The notes under the pieces: generated by a model
Seen by the model: the letters and a program-made list of their open reading frames with translations, nothing else
Told to the model about the DNA's origin: nothing
The model's database searches: none
In this document: piece by piece, positions 36,910-47,845 of the stretch
Layout of the letters: the number at the start of each line of letters is the position of its first letter
Position numbering within the stretch: position 1 is the first letter of the stretch
From: an uncultured Verrucomicrobiae bacterium
Lineage (GTDB): Bacteria; Verrucomicrobiota; Verrucomicrobiia; Limisphaerales; J093
Reading direction: 5' to 3'
Length of the DNA: 64,000 bases
Assembly (NCBI GenBank): GCA_963846445.1
Contig: CAWJWM010000004.1
Coordinates: 59,879-123,878 of the forward strand
Program-made: the position numbers and the translations under genes

Positions 36910-38660
36910 TTACATCTCGAACTGGCCGACGCGCCGCAGGCTCAGGCGCAGGGGCAGCCAGCCGACCAAGGCGGACAGCAGCGCAAACGCCATCCAACCG
37001 GGCAAGACGCTGGAACTGCTCGGTTCGCCGTATCGCGTCCACGGCGAGCTGACAGCCAGAAGGACAACGGACGCGACAATGTAGAGGAAGCTGGCGACCA
37101 GGCAGAACGTGCCGCCGAAGCCGCTGACGATCTTGCTGGGATTGTCCTCCTTGAGGTTCGGGTAGAGCGCGCCGAGGCCGATGGCGAGCCCGTTCAGGGT
37201 GAACGCCATGACGGCGATGGCGCGCGGTGAGGTAGAGCGTCCGGTCCCACGTCGAGCATCGAGCATCCGGCACGAGAGGACGATCAGGCCCGGCGGTGAG
37301 GCCGAGCGACAGGGCGCTGTGCCGAGCGCGAACTTGGCCAGCAGCAGCCGCGGCAGGCCGAGCGGCGCCATCCCGACGATCCAGAGCCGCTTGCCTTCGA
37401 GGGAGAACTGCGGATAGACGAAACCGCGTCGTCAGCGTGGCCAGGTTCAGCGCGCAGGCGCCGAGGTTCAAGTAGGACACCACGGTGATCCAGAAGGGGC
37501 TGGTCAGTTGCTGGCTGAAGTGGCGGAGGTTGAGGATGTACACCGCCAGCAAGCCGAACAGCACCAGCGTCTGCCCCCATTGGGTCGTGTCCCGCCAGAA
37601 CAGGCGCATGTCCTTCACGATCAGCGGCGCGGATGTCGGCGCGGACGGTCGGGATCCAGGCCAGAGCCGCGCTCGAGCCGGCCCGGTCGCACCGGGCGCG
37701 GCCGGCGGCACGTTCCTGCCAGGCCCGGAACCACGTCCACCGGCCCAGGACGCTGCCGCGGCTCTGGACCATGCGACGCGGCGCCGTAGAACAGGCCTGC
37801 CCATGCGGGTGAACATGAGGCGTGCCGAAGAAGAGCACGTGGCTGAGCAGCACCAGCCCGAAGAACAGCGCCGCCGCCAGCGCGCCTTCGGCCCATTGCT
37901 GGACGCCCGCCGAAAGCCAGTAGCTGGGCAGCAGCGGAAAGATGGCGAAGCGCGTGCGCGCCAGCAGCTTGTCCAGCACCACCAGCACCCGGGTCTCGAG
38001 TTCGTCGTCGGTGACCTGCATCGGGCGCAGCCAGAAGGCCGTCGACTGCCACCAGCGCCGCCGCCGTCACCAGGGCGGTGATCTGGAAGGCCCGGCGGTC
38101 GAGGAACCGGGCCAGTGACGGCCAACCAGCGCCGCCGCCGCCGGCAGCACGATGAACAGCCCAGGAACAGCGAGCGTGCCGGGATAGAAATGCCACGGGA
38201 CACCCGGCTCAGCCCGTAGGCGGCGAGCAGCGGGGCGATCAGAAACAGGAACGCCCACGAGGCCAGCAGCGTGGACTCGATGAACTTCCAGCGAAAGATC
38301 GACCTCGGGCGGCACCGGCAGCGGCAGCAGGAACGCCGTCTCGCGGTTCCGGAACAGGTTCGAGTAGCTGATGACCAGGTTGCTCAGGAGCAGCAAGCAC
38401 GAACAGAAAGGCGAAGAGCAGAAAGAGCATCCGCTCGATCAGGACGGCGCCCAGCCCGGGGAAGCTGCCGGCGAACCGCAGTCCGACTTTGGAAGAGTTT
38501 GAAGGCGAGCGCGGCGTAGCCGACGAGGAAGACCACGATCAGGCCGGTGAGCAGGCGGGACTGCTCGGCGCAGCGCCAGCAGGCGCCGCCAGCCCTGGCG
38601 CAGGTTCACCTGGAGCAGCAGCGCCAGCGGGGCGGGCGTGGCGGGGCGGTGCGTGTTCAT
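36910..38660 (-). CDS. multi-pass ABC-exporter permease-like membrane protein; at least 5 frameshifts
   Basis: Hydrophobic segments are spread over 4 ORF fragments (38439-38675, 38067-38396, 37284-38021, 36910-37371). It lies downstream of an ABC ATPase on the same strand. Family assignment is weak. Confidence 0.5.
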
Positions 38661-38953
38661 GGGAAGCGTTGACATTCAACGATTTAATGCGAATCGGGAA
38701 CATGAACCGAAGTTACCTGCTCCTAATCGTAATCGTAATCGTAATCCGCTGTCGCCGATTAAGATTAAGATTAGGATTAGGACCACCTGCCGTGCTCATG
38801 GGAAGCACCTGTTCCTTGTCAAACTGCTCAGTGAACATGAACCGTGCACTTTGCCCCTCACCCGTCCCGCAAAGCGGGACACCCTCTCCCCCGCTCCGAG
38901 CGGGGGAGAGGGACGGGGTGAGTGGGCACGGTTCATGGAGGGCAAGCGCCTGC
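38661..38953. repeat. module F repeat cluster splitting the ABC ATPase and permease genes; includes an AT-rich hexamer microsatellite at 38722-38782
   Basis: GCGTTGACATTCAA, CACCTGTTCC..AACTGCTCAGTG..CATGAACC and the CCCCTCACCC...GGGAGAGGGACGGGGTGAG hairpin are all shared with 59640-59955. Confidence 0.75.
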
Positions 38954-39733
38954 TCATTGGGGCGAGGGTGTCGGGGCGGGCACGGGGCGGGCGTGTTCCT
39001 CGCGCAGGTTGGCCTCCTGGCGCGTGAGGGAGAGGAAGGTCTGTTCGAGCGCGCCCGCAGTGCCGCTCTGGCGGCGCAGTTCCTCGCGCGTGCCTACGGC
39101 GATCAACCGCCCTTCGTGCATGATGCCGATCCGGTCCGCCATTTCCTCGGCCACGCTGAGCTGGTGCGTCGAGACGAACACGGTCATCCCGCGCGAGCGA
39201 CCGTTCCTTGAGCACGTCCTTGAGACCCGGGCGTGGTGCGGGTCGAGGCCGACCATCGGTTCGTCGAGCACGAACACCTCCGGGTCGTGCAGCAGGGCGG
39301 AGACGATGGCGACGCGCTGCCGGGTGCCGTGCGAGAGGGTCTCGATCGGCTTTGGCCAGGTAGGGTTCGAGGTTGAACCGGGCGACGAGCGCTCGCGCGC
39401 CGGCGGCGATCTGCTCCTCGGGCATGCGGAACAGCCGGCCGGTGAACCGGAGGAACTCCCACGGGGTGAGCTTGTCGTACAGGAAGGGAAAATCGGGCAC
39501 GTAGGCCAGGCGCTGCCGGGCTTCGAGGGGTTGTGTCTGCACGTCGTACCCGGCGACGCGTGCGGTCCCGGCGTCGGTTTCATCAGGCCGGCCAGGATCT
39601 TGATGGTGGTGGTCTTGCCGGCCGCGTTGGGGCCGAGCACGGCAAAGAACTCGCCGCGCGGGACAACCAGATCGACCCCATTGACCGCGATCAGATCGCC
39701 GAAGCGTTTGACCAGATGGACCAGTTCAATCAT
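38954..39733 (-). CDS. ABC transporter ATP-binding protein; about 4 frameshifts
   Basis: Walker A GPNAAGKTTT; signature LSHGTRQRV; Walker B VFVLDEPMVGLD; H-loop STH. Pieces alternate between ORFs 38954-39760 and 38796-39542. Confidence 0.8.
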   Translation of the reverse strand: MIELVHLVKRFGDLIAVNGVDLVVPRGEFFAVLGPNAAGKTTTIKILAGLMKPTPGPHASPGTTCRHNPSKPGSAWPTCPIFPSCTTSSPRGSSSGSPAGCSACPRSRSPPARERSSPGSTSNPTWPKPIETLSHGTRQRVAIVSALLHDPEVFVLDEPMVGLDPHHARVSRTCSRNGRSRGMTVFVSTHQLSVAEEMADRIGIMHEGRLIAVGTREELRRQSGTAGALEQTFLSLTRQEANLREEHARPVPAPTPSPQ

Positions 39734-39802
39734 GTTTTCGCTCCTGCGTCGCGAAAACATACCGGCCCCGCTGCGCGGGGCACGAGCGGGAACGACAACA
39801 TT

Positions 39803-40122
39803 TTAGCGAGGCTTCGCCTCAGACCGGCGAGGCGTGTGAACGACTTGTGACCGCCGGGTGCCAACCACGATCACCGGCGCCCGACGCCTCGCTAAGGGGC
39901 GCCGCTGCGCGGCGCAGAAACTTGACTCATTTATATCAGATTTCATCGAGGGAGTCACTCTAGCGAGGCGCGCTTCAGACCAAATCCCGATCTTCGACAT
40001 CATGAACCGCCCTTCGTTTTCCTGCCCTTCTCTCCCGCGCCTCGCTCCTTAGAATCCTTGACCCCTTTAACGCAGCACAACAACTTGACTTGTCTACAAC
40101 ACCTTTCACCGGTCAAGGATTC
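39803..40122. repeat. composite repeat A' (39803-39895), B (39896-39960), C (39961-40051), D (40052-40122)
   Basis: Inverted counterpart of 1360-1682. D is flanked by TA on both sides (40050-51 and 40123-24). Confidence 0.85.
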
Positions 40123-40937
40123 TACAGGGCCGCGATGGCTTCGTTGACGAGGACAATCTCATTCGGGAGTTCGACTCGGAGGATTTCGCCCACGCGGCTG
40201 ACCACGACGGACGCGCGGTACTTGTCGAGGAGCCCGGCCTCGATGCGGTAGGCGCGCACGCGCGAGTGGCCGAGGTTGAACCAGTCGGTCCGGGCCTCCC
40301 ACGTCAGCGCGCGGGCGAGGCTGGCCGCGTCAGGCGCCTTGAACTCTGGAACCAGCGCGGGGAGCCAGGCGATTGCCGGCGGCAGACCGAGTCGGGTCAG
40401 GAGCGTCTCGGGGCGGGCGAGATCCGCGAAGGCGAGGGTCTGCTCCCAGGCGCCCCCGCCTTCGTCGACGCGCAAGACGACCTGCTCGGCGCCGGCGTCG
40501 GCCTTGAGTTCCCAGATCGTCGGTCGGAGATTCAAACGGAGCTGGAACTTGCGCCACACTTGGTTGGTTCCGAACTCGGCCCGGGTGGCGAACCGCAGCC
40601 GCCGCGTCGAATCCTCGAACAAGAGGTTGCCGTCCAGATCGATTGTGTAGCCGGTGAAACCCCGAATCCGGCCTTCGATGGCGTGCGGGTCGGTTTCGGT
40701 CGATGCGCCGGCGGTTTCGTCGATGGTTGCCACCCAGCGGCAGAATCCGATCTTCTGGCCCCGATGGAGAATCTGGAGGGAGGAATCGTCAGGGGCGGTA
40801 AGCATCCGTTCCCACACGGTGGCGAGGGGCACTCGGCTGCCGCGGTTCTGCAGGCTGCTCATTTCCGAGCGCCACAGCAGGACGTTCATGACCACCCAGA
40901 ACAGGATGACCAGGGGGAAGTACACCCGTTTGAGCAT
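40122..40937 (-). CDS. hypothetical membrane-anchored protein
   Basis: 271-aa intact ORF with N-terminal TM segment VYFPLVILFWVVMNVLLW. No recognisable family. Its TAG stop is formed by the TA flank plus the last base of module D. Confidence 0.6.
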   Translation of the reverse strand: MLKRVYFPLVILFWVVMNVLLWRSEMSSLQNRGSRVPLATVWERMLTAPDDSSLQILHRGQKIGFCRWVATIDETAGASTETDPHAIEGRIRGFTGYTIDLDGNLLFEDSTRRLRFATRAEFGTNQVWRKFQLRLNLRPTIWELKADAGAEQVVLRVDEGGGAWEQTLAFADLARPETLLTRLGLPPAIAWLPALVPEFKAPDAASLARALTWEARTDWFNLGHSRVRAYRIEAGLLDKYRASVVVSRVGEILRVELPNEIVLVNEAIAAL

Positions 40938-40949
40938 GAGATTTCCGGG

Positions 40950-41862
40950 CTATGAAGCAGGGATGCGGACGACCTGGCCCACCCTCAGCCGGTCCGGGTT
41001 GATGCTCGGATTGGCCTGGGTCAGGGCCCGCAGCGAGATGCCATACCGGCGTGCGATCTGAATCATCGTCTCACCCCGTCGGACGGTGTATTGGCGGTAG
41101 GCGGTGGGAGTCGAGCGCCGCCCCGTCGTCGTCGGCGTCGTCGGCGTCACTGCCGTGGGTCGGGCCGTGTCCAGGCGCGGGGTCGGGGTCGCCAGGACGA
41201 CGGGCCGCGCGGGAGCGGCCTGGGATTCGGGCGCGGATGGACCGGTCCCCAGATGGCCTGAGCGCTGGGCCTGAGCGGGGGGTGGAGATGTGGAGAGGGT
41301 CGGCGGGGCGGCGGCGAGGGTTTCTGCGGTGCGCCAGGCTTCTTTGAGCTGGGCGTTTTCAGCCAGAACCTGCTGCAACTGCATATGCAGCATCTGGTTA
41401 GTGACTCTGAGGGATTTAATCTCCCGGTCCGTCTCGTGGAACCGAGCCACCATTTGATCGTACTGTTGCTGGAGAGCCGGCTGTCGGGGGCCCAGAGGCA
41501 CGCTCTTGGCGATCTCGATCTCGCAGTCCCTGATCTTGAGACGCGCGGTCTCGGCGTGCCGCCATTCTGGATGCAGCTTGAGCAGTTTCCGGAAGTGGTA
41601 GATGGCCGCCGCGGGGTCCGACGGCTGTTGACAGTAGATCAACCCCAGTTCCCAGTGTGCCAGGGCGAGCCGGGGATTGGCTTCGAGCGCTTCTCGAGCG
41701 AGGCGATGGCGCCCTGCAGATTATAGGCGTCCTTCTTGGCGCGCGCATCGAGGATCAATGGGTTTTTCTCTTCCGAGTCCTGGTCGGGCAAAGGCAGGCA
41801 GCCGCAGAGCCAACAGCAGCCCAGCAGCCAAACACACGCCCGAATCGCCTCAAGAAGCCTCA
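40950..41862 (-). CDS. lipoprotein with TPR-like region, coiled coil, Pro/Thr linker and C-terminal LysM domain; one frameshift near 41695
   Basis: GTG start then RLLEAIRACVWLLGCCWLCGC (lipobox). ALEANPRLALAHWELGLIYCQQ is restored by a 1-nt correction. LysM: YTVRRGETMIQIARRYGISLRALTQANP...VGQVVRIP. Confidence 0.7.
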
Positions 41863-41957
41863 CGGACCGAACGTTAACATGGCACCCCGCGGGCGCAATC
41901 CGCGAATCACGGCGGAGCACGCGGCGCCCTGCCCCGGGCCCCAGCATGACGCGGCCA

Positions 41958-42437
41958 CTACGTCAACGTGGCGAGACAGGCCTTGATCGCTTCGAAGCGT
42001 GGCAAGTCTTTTGGGGTCGGCGTCTGTTCGCTGTAGCGCACCACGCCGGCCTTATCAATCACGAAGGCGGCTCGGGCGGAGGTTGAACCCAGCCCGAGCA
42101 GGTCGGGCAGCAGGACCCCGTAATCGGCGGCCACTCGCTTGTTCAGGTCGCTGGCGAGCCGGACGGTGATGTTCTCCTTGCGGGCCCAGGCTTCCTGGGC
42201 GAATGGGCTGTCCACGCTCAGGCCGATGACATCGGCGTCGAGCCGCGCATACGCGTCCAGACCGGCGCTCAGACTGCACATCTCCTGCGTGCAGACCCCG
42301 GTGAAGGCCAGCGGGAAAAAGAGCAGGACTGTGTTCTTCCGACCGAAGTTGTCGCTGAGCTTCACGTCCACGATGTCACCGCCGGTCTTGGACTTGAGCG
42401 TGAAGTCCGGCGCTTTGGAACCAACAGGGATTGACAT
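41958..42437 (-). CDS. peroxiredoxin (AhpC/TSA-redoxin family)
   Basis: MSIPVGSKAPDFTL...VLLFFPLAFTGVCTQE. The start is taken at the internal Met of ORF 41958-42551. Confidence 0.85.
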   Translation of the reverse strand: MSIPVGSKAPDFTLKSKTGGDIVDVKLSDNFGRKNTVLLFFPLAFTGVCTQEMCSLSAGLDAYARLDADVIGLSVDSPFAQEAWARKENITVRLASDLNKRVAADYGVLLPDLLGLGSTSARAAFVIDKAGVVRYSEQTPTPKDLPRFEAIKACLATLT

Positions 42438-42543
42438 AGGATTCTCGTTCTTGATTCGTTCTGAGTCGGTGCGCGGGCCACGACGCAACCGCGGCAATGT
42501 ATAGTCGCGGGCAGACCGGGTGTCAAATCGCGCAGCCTCGCGA

Positions 42544-42747
42544 GCCCGCATTTCTCACCAACTTTTGATGTCTTCTGACCGGTCACCGTCCCATTGCACC
42601 TGAAATGCGGGCTGTCAGGCATGCTGCGACCGCCCCACTGGTGAGATTTCCGGGTTAGCGAGGCGTCGAATGCCGGTGAGGTTTGTAGCAGCCCAGCGTA
42701 GACGAGCCGTTCACAGGTCGCGTCGGTCTGAGGCGCAGCCTCGCTAA
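42544..42747. repeat. hairpin H3 (42544-42613), segment Z copy (42614-42658), module A (42655-42747)
   Basis: H and Z match 4061-4130 and 4297-4340. Module A runs TTAGCGAGGCGTCG...GGTCTGAGGCGCAGCCTCGCTAA. Confidence 0.8.
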
Positions 42748-43853
42748 AGGCTATCGACGAGCTTCTGCATGGCTTCCTCCTGGCGGGCAATCGACTCGAC
42801 GAGCCGGAACTGGGTGCGGCAGCGGTCGAGGTTGTGGTCTGAACGATGCACGCGGAAGTAGACATCGCCCATGAGATAATCGGCCAGGAAACGAATGCCG
42901 ATCGTGTAGGTGATCAGCTTGCCCGCAAAGGCCAGGTAACGCCGCTCGGACGGCGTGAGGAACTCCTCGACGGCTTTCACGTATCCGCGGGCCAACGCTT
43001 CGAACATCGGCATTTGCATTTCGACCTTCGTGAGGTCCTGTTCGTCTTCGAGTGTCGGGCTGGTCGTCGTGCGCACCATGTCGCCGAAGTCGTAGTGCAC
43101 CAACCCCGGCATGACCGTGTCCAGATCGACCACGCACATGGCCCGCCCCGTCTCCCAATCGAGCATCACGTTGTTGAATTTCGTGTCGTTGTGCGTGATG
43201 CGCTCCGGGACATCGCCCGCGGCATGGGCGTCGAGCAACGTGCCGATCCAGGACTCCTGTTTGAGCGCGAACTCGATTTCCCGGGCTGCGGTCGAGGCGC
43301 GATTGCAGTGGTCTTCGGCGATGGCCCGCTGCAGGGTGTCGAAGCGCTTTCGCGTGTTGTGGAAATCCGGAATGGTCTCGTGCAGGCGTTCGCCGGGAAG
43401 ATCGGCAACCAACGACTGGAACTCGCCAAACGCCCGCCCAGCCTCGTAGGCCTGCGTCGGGTTCTGAACCGACTCGAATGACTGGACTCGTTCCACAAAA
43501 ACAAAGGTCCGCCAGAACTCGCCGTTCCCGTCGCAGTAGTAGGGCTTTCCGTCCCGGGTCGGCACGATGGTCAAAGCCCGGCGGGTCATCTGGCGGGCCG
43601 TCAGGTTTTGCAGTTTGTTCCGCAGGTGGCTTGTGACCCGCATCACGTTCTCCATCACGCCGACCGGGTTCCGGAAAACGCTCTGGTTGATCCGCTGGTG
43701 AATGTAGCGGACGAGGATCCCGCCCTGATCGTACGTCGCGGTGTAGGTCTCGTTGATGTGCCCGATCTTGCACGCTTCGGCGTGCAGGATTTGTCCGTAG
43801 ATCTGGAACTGGCGCGATACTTCCTGCAGATGCTGCTCACAGTACAATGGCAT
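42744..43853 (-). CDS. APH-fold sugar/aminoglycoside-type kinase, N-acetylhexosamine-1-kinase (NahK)-like
   Basis: GHINETY; ITHNDTKFNNVMLD; VVDLDTVMPG..HYDFGD. The start is taken at MPLYCEQ. Its TAG stop lies inside the terminal TTAGCGAGGC of module A. Confidence 0.65.
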   Translation of the reverse strand: MPLYCEQHLQEVSRQFQIYGQILHAEACKIGHINETYTATYDQGGILVRYIHQRINQSVFRNPVGVMENVMRVTSHLRNKLQNLTARQMTRRALTIVPTRDGKPYYCDGNGEFWRTFVFVERVQSFESVQNPTQAYEAGRAFGEFQSLVADLPGERLHETIPDFHNTRKRFDTLQRAIAEDHCNRASTAAREIEFALKQESWIGTLLDAHAAGDVPERITHNDTKFNNVMLDWETGRAMCVVDLDTVMPGLVHYDFGDMVRTTTSPTLEDEQDLTKVEMQMPMFEALARGYVKAVEEFLTPSERRYLAFAGKLITYTIGIRFLADYLMGDVYFRVHRSDHNLDRCRTQFRLVESIARQEEAMQKLVDSL

Positions 43854-44117
43854 ACGCTCGTGCGAACCCCGCGCCCTCCCACCGTGATCGGACGGCGAAG
43901 TGCGGCGTCGGTTTGGCACCGGTAGAGATAGACGAACTCCAGGCCCAAACAAGCCAATTTCTCGAGCTTCCGCTTCCAGACTCCCGTTCGTTTTGGGCCG
44001 CCGCCCGATTCACCTTGAAGTGGGCTCCGGCGCGCGGGTATGCTCCGGCCAGCCGAAAGAACAGACTCTCCTGTGGGTCAGGCAGAATTTGAAGGCCAAC
44101 GTATTGGGAGCAAACCG

Positions 44118-46418
44118 ATGCCAAATTACCTCAGCGACTCGCGTCCGCAGTTCAAGCGACAGACCATTCAATGCGGTCAGATCCGGGCTTACGTGTACGA
44201 GCGAAACCTCGAGACCGAGTTGAAAGAGGGCACGCTCTCGAAGCCCGAGGCCCTGAACCTCCTCGAGGACATGCTGACGGTCCGCGAGTTCGAGGAGATG
44301 ATCGTCAAGCTCCGCTCCGGCGCCTACCCGGCCTGCGCGGGCTTCGACTACCGCGGCCCAACGCACGTCTCGATCGGCCAGGAGGCGGCATCGGTCGGCG
44401 GCATCGCCGGCATCGCCGCCGACGACTACATCACCTCCACCCACCGCGGCCACGGCGACAGCATCGCCAAGGGCTGCGTGGCGATCCGCGCCATGAACGT
44501 CGAGCAACTCCGGCTGCGCGTGCCGCATTCGCCGGCCAAGGACCGCAAAGCCCTTGTCGAGGAGGCGCTCGAGGACCACGTCTACCGCACGATTGCCGAA
44601 CTGTTCGGCAAGGAAGACGGCTACTGCAAGGGGCGCGGCGGCGGCATGCACATCGCCGACTTCACCGTCGGCCACCTGGGCGCCAACGCCATCGTCGGCG
44701 GCGGCGTGCCCATCGCCACCGGCGCCGCCATGGGCGCCCGCTACCTGCGCAACGGGCGCAGTCGTCTGCTGCTTTGCCGGCGACGGCGCCTACGCCAACG
44801 GCGTGGTGCTCGAGTCGCTGAACTGGGCCTGCATGGGCCAGTTCACCAACCACCTGGCCGGCAAGGACCGCCGTTCGGCCTGCCGATCGTCTATCGTGAT
44901 CGTGAACAACCACTACGGCATGACCGACCGCGACCGACGACGAGGTCATGGGCGTCGCGGTCGCTGGCCCGCCGCGCCGCCGGCTTCGCCGACAACAACA
45001 TGCACGCCGAGGTGGTCAACGGCATGGACGTGCTCGCCGTGCGCGACGCCGTCCGCCGCGCCGCCGCAGGCCTGCCGCCAGGGCAAGGGACCCTACCTGC
45101 TCGAGGTCGACACCTACCGCTACTACGGCCATTCGCTGAGCGACCCGCGCAACGAGTACCGGACCACGCGAGGAGGAAGCCGCCTGGAAGGAGGTCGACC
45201 CGATCGAGACCTTCGCCCAGGCAGCTGCTCGCCGCCAAGGTGCTTGGCCCGAAAGCGCTCGACGCGCTCCGACAGAAGGTGGCCGACCGCAACGCCCGCG
45301 CCGCCGGGCGCGCCGCCAGGCCGCCGACCCCGATCCGGCCGACGTGATCAAGTACATGTACACCGACACGGTCGAGACCGACGTGCCCGCCGAATTCAGC
45401 CAGGTCGAGATCGTCAAGGAGGCGCCCGAGATCAAGCGCGCCGACGGCCAGCTCACCTACAAGGACGCGATCAAGGAAGCGCTGTTCGAGGAGATGATGC
45501 GCGACGGCCGCGTGATCTTCTACGGCGAGGACGTGGCCGACTACGGCGGCGCCTTCAAGGTGACCAAGGGCCTGCTCGAGGCGTTCGGCCGCCAGCGCGT
45601 GTTCAACACGCCGATCTCCGAGGCCGGCATCTGCGGCACGGCCGTCGGCGCCGCCATGGTCGGCCTGCGGCCGGTGGTCGAGCTGATGTACATGGACTTC
45701 GCCCTGATGGCCTCGGACCAGATCAGCAACCAGGCCGCCAAGTGGCATTACATGTCCGGCGCCAAGGCCGAGATCCCGCTCGTCTACCGCGCCTCGGTCG
45801 GCGGCGGCAAGGGCTACGGCGGCCAGCACTCGCAGACGCTGGAGTCCGTCTTCGCCCACATCCCGGGCCTGTACGTGGTCTATCCCGCCACGCCCTACGA
45901 CGCCAAGGGCATGCTCAAGACCGCCATCCGCGACAACAACCCGGTCATGTTCGTCGAGTCGCAGCTCCTCTACGGCATCAAGGGCGCCGTGCCGGAGGAG
46001 GAATACCTCGTCCCGCTGGGCGTGGCCGACGTGAAGCGCGCGGGCACGGACCTGACCATCGTGGCCTGGGGCCCGGCGGTGCACGACGCGCTCAAGGCCG
46101 CGGACATGCTCGCAGCGGGAACAAGGTCAGCGTCGAGGTGGTGGACATCCGCTCGCTGGTGCCGCTGGACATGGAGACGATTCTGGCCTCGGTGCGCAAG
46201 ACCGGCCGCTGCGTGGTGGCCAGCCAGTGCGATCAACATCGGCAGCTTCACCGGCGAGATCGCCTCGCGCATCATGGCCGAGGCGTTCGACTACCTCGAC
46301 GCCCCGGTGCTGCGCGTCGGCGCCGAAGAACGGCATCGCGCCGCAGTCGCACATCCTCGAGGCGGCGTTCCTGCCGAACGCGAAGGACATTGTCACTGCC
46401 GCCCGGAGCATTCTCTAA
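44118..46418 (+). CDS. 2-oxo-acid (pyruvate/acetoin/branched-chain type) dehydrogenase E1; alpha and beta modules apparently in one continuous frame; at least 8 frameshifts
   Basis: Alpha: [47 protein letters not shown]. Beta: [43 protein letters not shown]. No stop between [12 protein letters not shown] and the beta start. Confidence 0.75.
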
Positions 46419-46431
46419 GAGGTCTACGATC

Positions 46432-47845
46432 ATGGCACAGGCAGTCATCATGCCCAAGCTCGGACAGGCAGACCGAGGAATCGACCATCGTCAAGTGGCA
46501 CAAACGGGAAGGCGACACGGTCAAGAAGGGCGACATCCTCTTCGAGATGGAGACCGACAAGGCCGTCCTCGAAGCCGAGAGTTTCTTCGACGGCACACTG
46601 CTCAAGATCCTGGTTCCTGAGAACCGAGACGGTCCCCGTCAACACGTGCGTCGCCTACGTCGGCAAGCCGGGAGAAAAGGTGCCGGATGCACCCCCGCCG
46701 CCTCAACCGCCCGTGGCCGAGGTCGGCGCTTCGACGCCGCCCGCACAGCCTCAGCACCCGCTGCCGCCCCGCCGGAGAGCGGCCCACGCCCCGTCTTGCC
46801 CGCCGCCGCACCATCGCGTCCGCAGCGCCCGGCAGACCAGCCCGGACCCCAGATGGCGGCGCCCCTCACACCGCCCCCGGCGGCGGCGGCGCCCGCCGCG
46901 CCCCGGCGTCTGTTCATCTCGCCGCGCGCGCGGGCCCTGGCCGAGGCACGGTGCATCGACCCTGCACGCATCGCCGGCAGCGGGCCAGACGGGCGGATTC
47001 TCGAGCGGGATGTCATCGCTTACCTGGCGGCCAACCGCTATGACGACATCCGCATCACCCCGGCCGCCAAGCAACTGGCGGCGCGGGAGAAGGTCGATCT
47101 CCTGACGGTTCGCGGCACGGGCATCGGCCGCCGCATCATGGTCCATGACATCGAGCGCACGCTGGCGGCCCGCCCGCGTCCGATGAGCAAGATGCGGCAG
47201 ATGATCGCCCGGCGCCTGACCCAGAGCTTCACCACCACGCCGCATTTCTACGTCACCGTCAGCGTGGACATGACCGACCTGCTCGCCTTCCGGCAGGAAC
47301 TCAAGAGCCGCGGCGAGGCGTACACGGTCACCGACTTCATCCTCGAAGCCGTGGTGCTGGCCTTGCTCGAGTTTCCCCTCCTCAACAGCGTCGCCGACGG
47401 CAACACCATCCGCTGGCACGAGACCGTCGATCTGGGCATGGCCGTCGGTCTGGACGACGGCCTGGTGGTGCCCGTCATCCGGAGCGCCGAGACCCTCAGC
47501 CTGCGCGAGTTGTCGCAGGCCGCCGCTGCGCTCGCCGAGAAGGCCCGCGCCGGGAAGCTGCTGCCGGACGAGATGAGCGGCAGCACCTTCACGGTCTCGA
47601 ACATGGGCATGCTCGACGTGGAGAACTTCTCGGCCATCATCAACCCGGGCGAATCGGGCATCCTGGCCGTGGCCAGCACGATCCCGACCCCGGTCGTTCG
47701 CGACGGCAAGATCGTCGTGCGATCGATCATGAAGATCACGCTCTCGGTGGACCATCGGATCGTCGACGGCACGGTCGCCGCCCGTTTCATCCATGCTATC
47801 AAAGCGAAACTCGAGGATGTGGAGCTATGGAAAAGTTTGACGTAG
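46432..47845 (+). CDS. dihydrolipoamide acyltransferase (E2); at least 3 frameshifts
   Basis: Lipoyl domain [10 protein letters not shown]; two PSBD-like segments (SPRARALA...[16 protein letters not shown]...GTGIGRRI); catalytic domain ending [10 protein letters not shown]. Confidence 0.8.

Noticed and set aside
38668-38700. TTGACA boxes inside module F (38671 and 59693) as promoters
   Set aside because: No properly spaced -10 element follows, and no gene lies downstream in that orientation. The hexamer is part of a conserved repeat segment.
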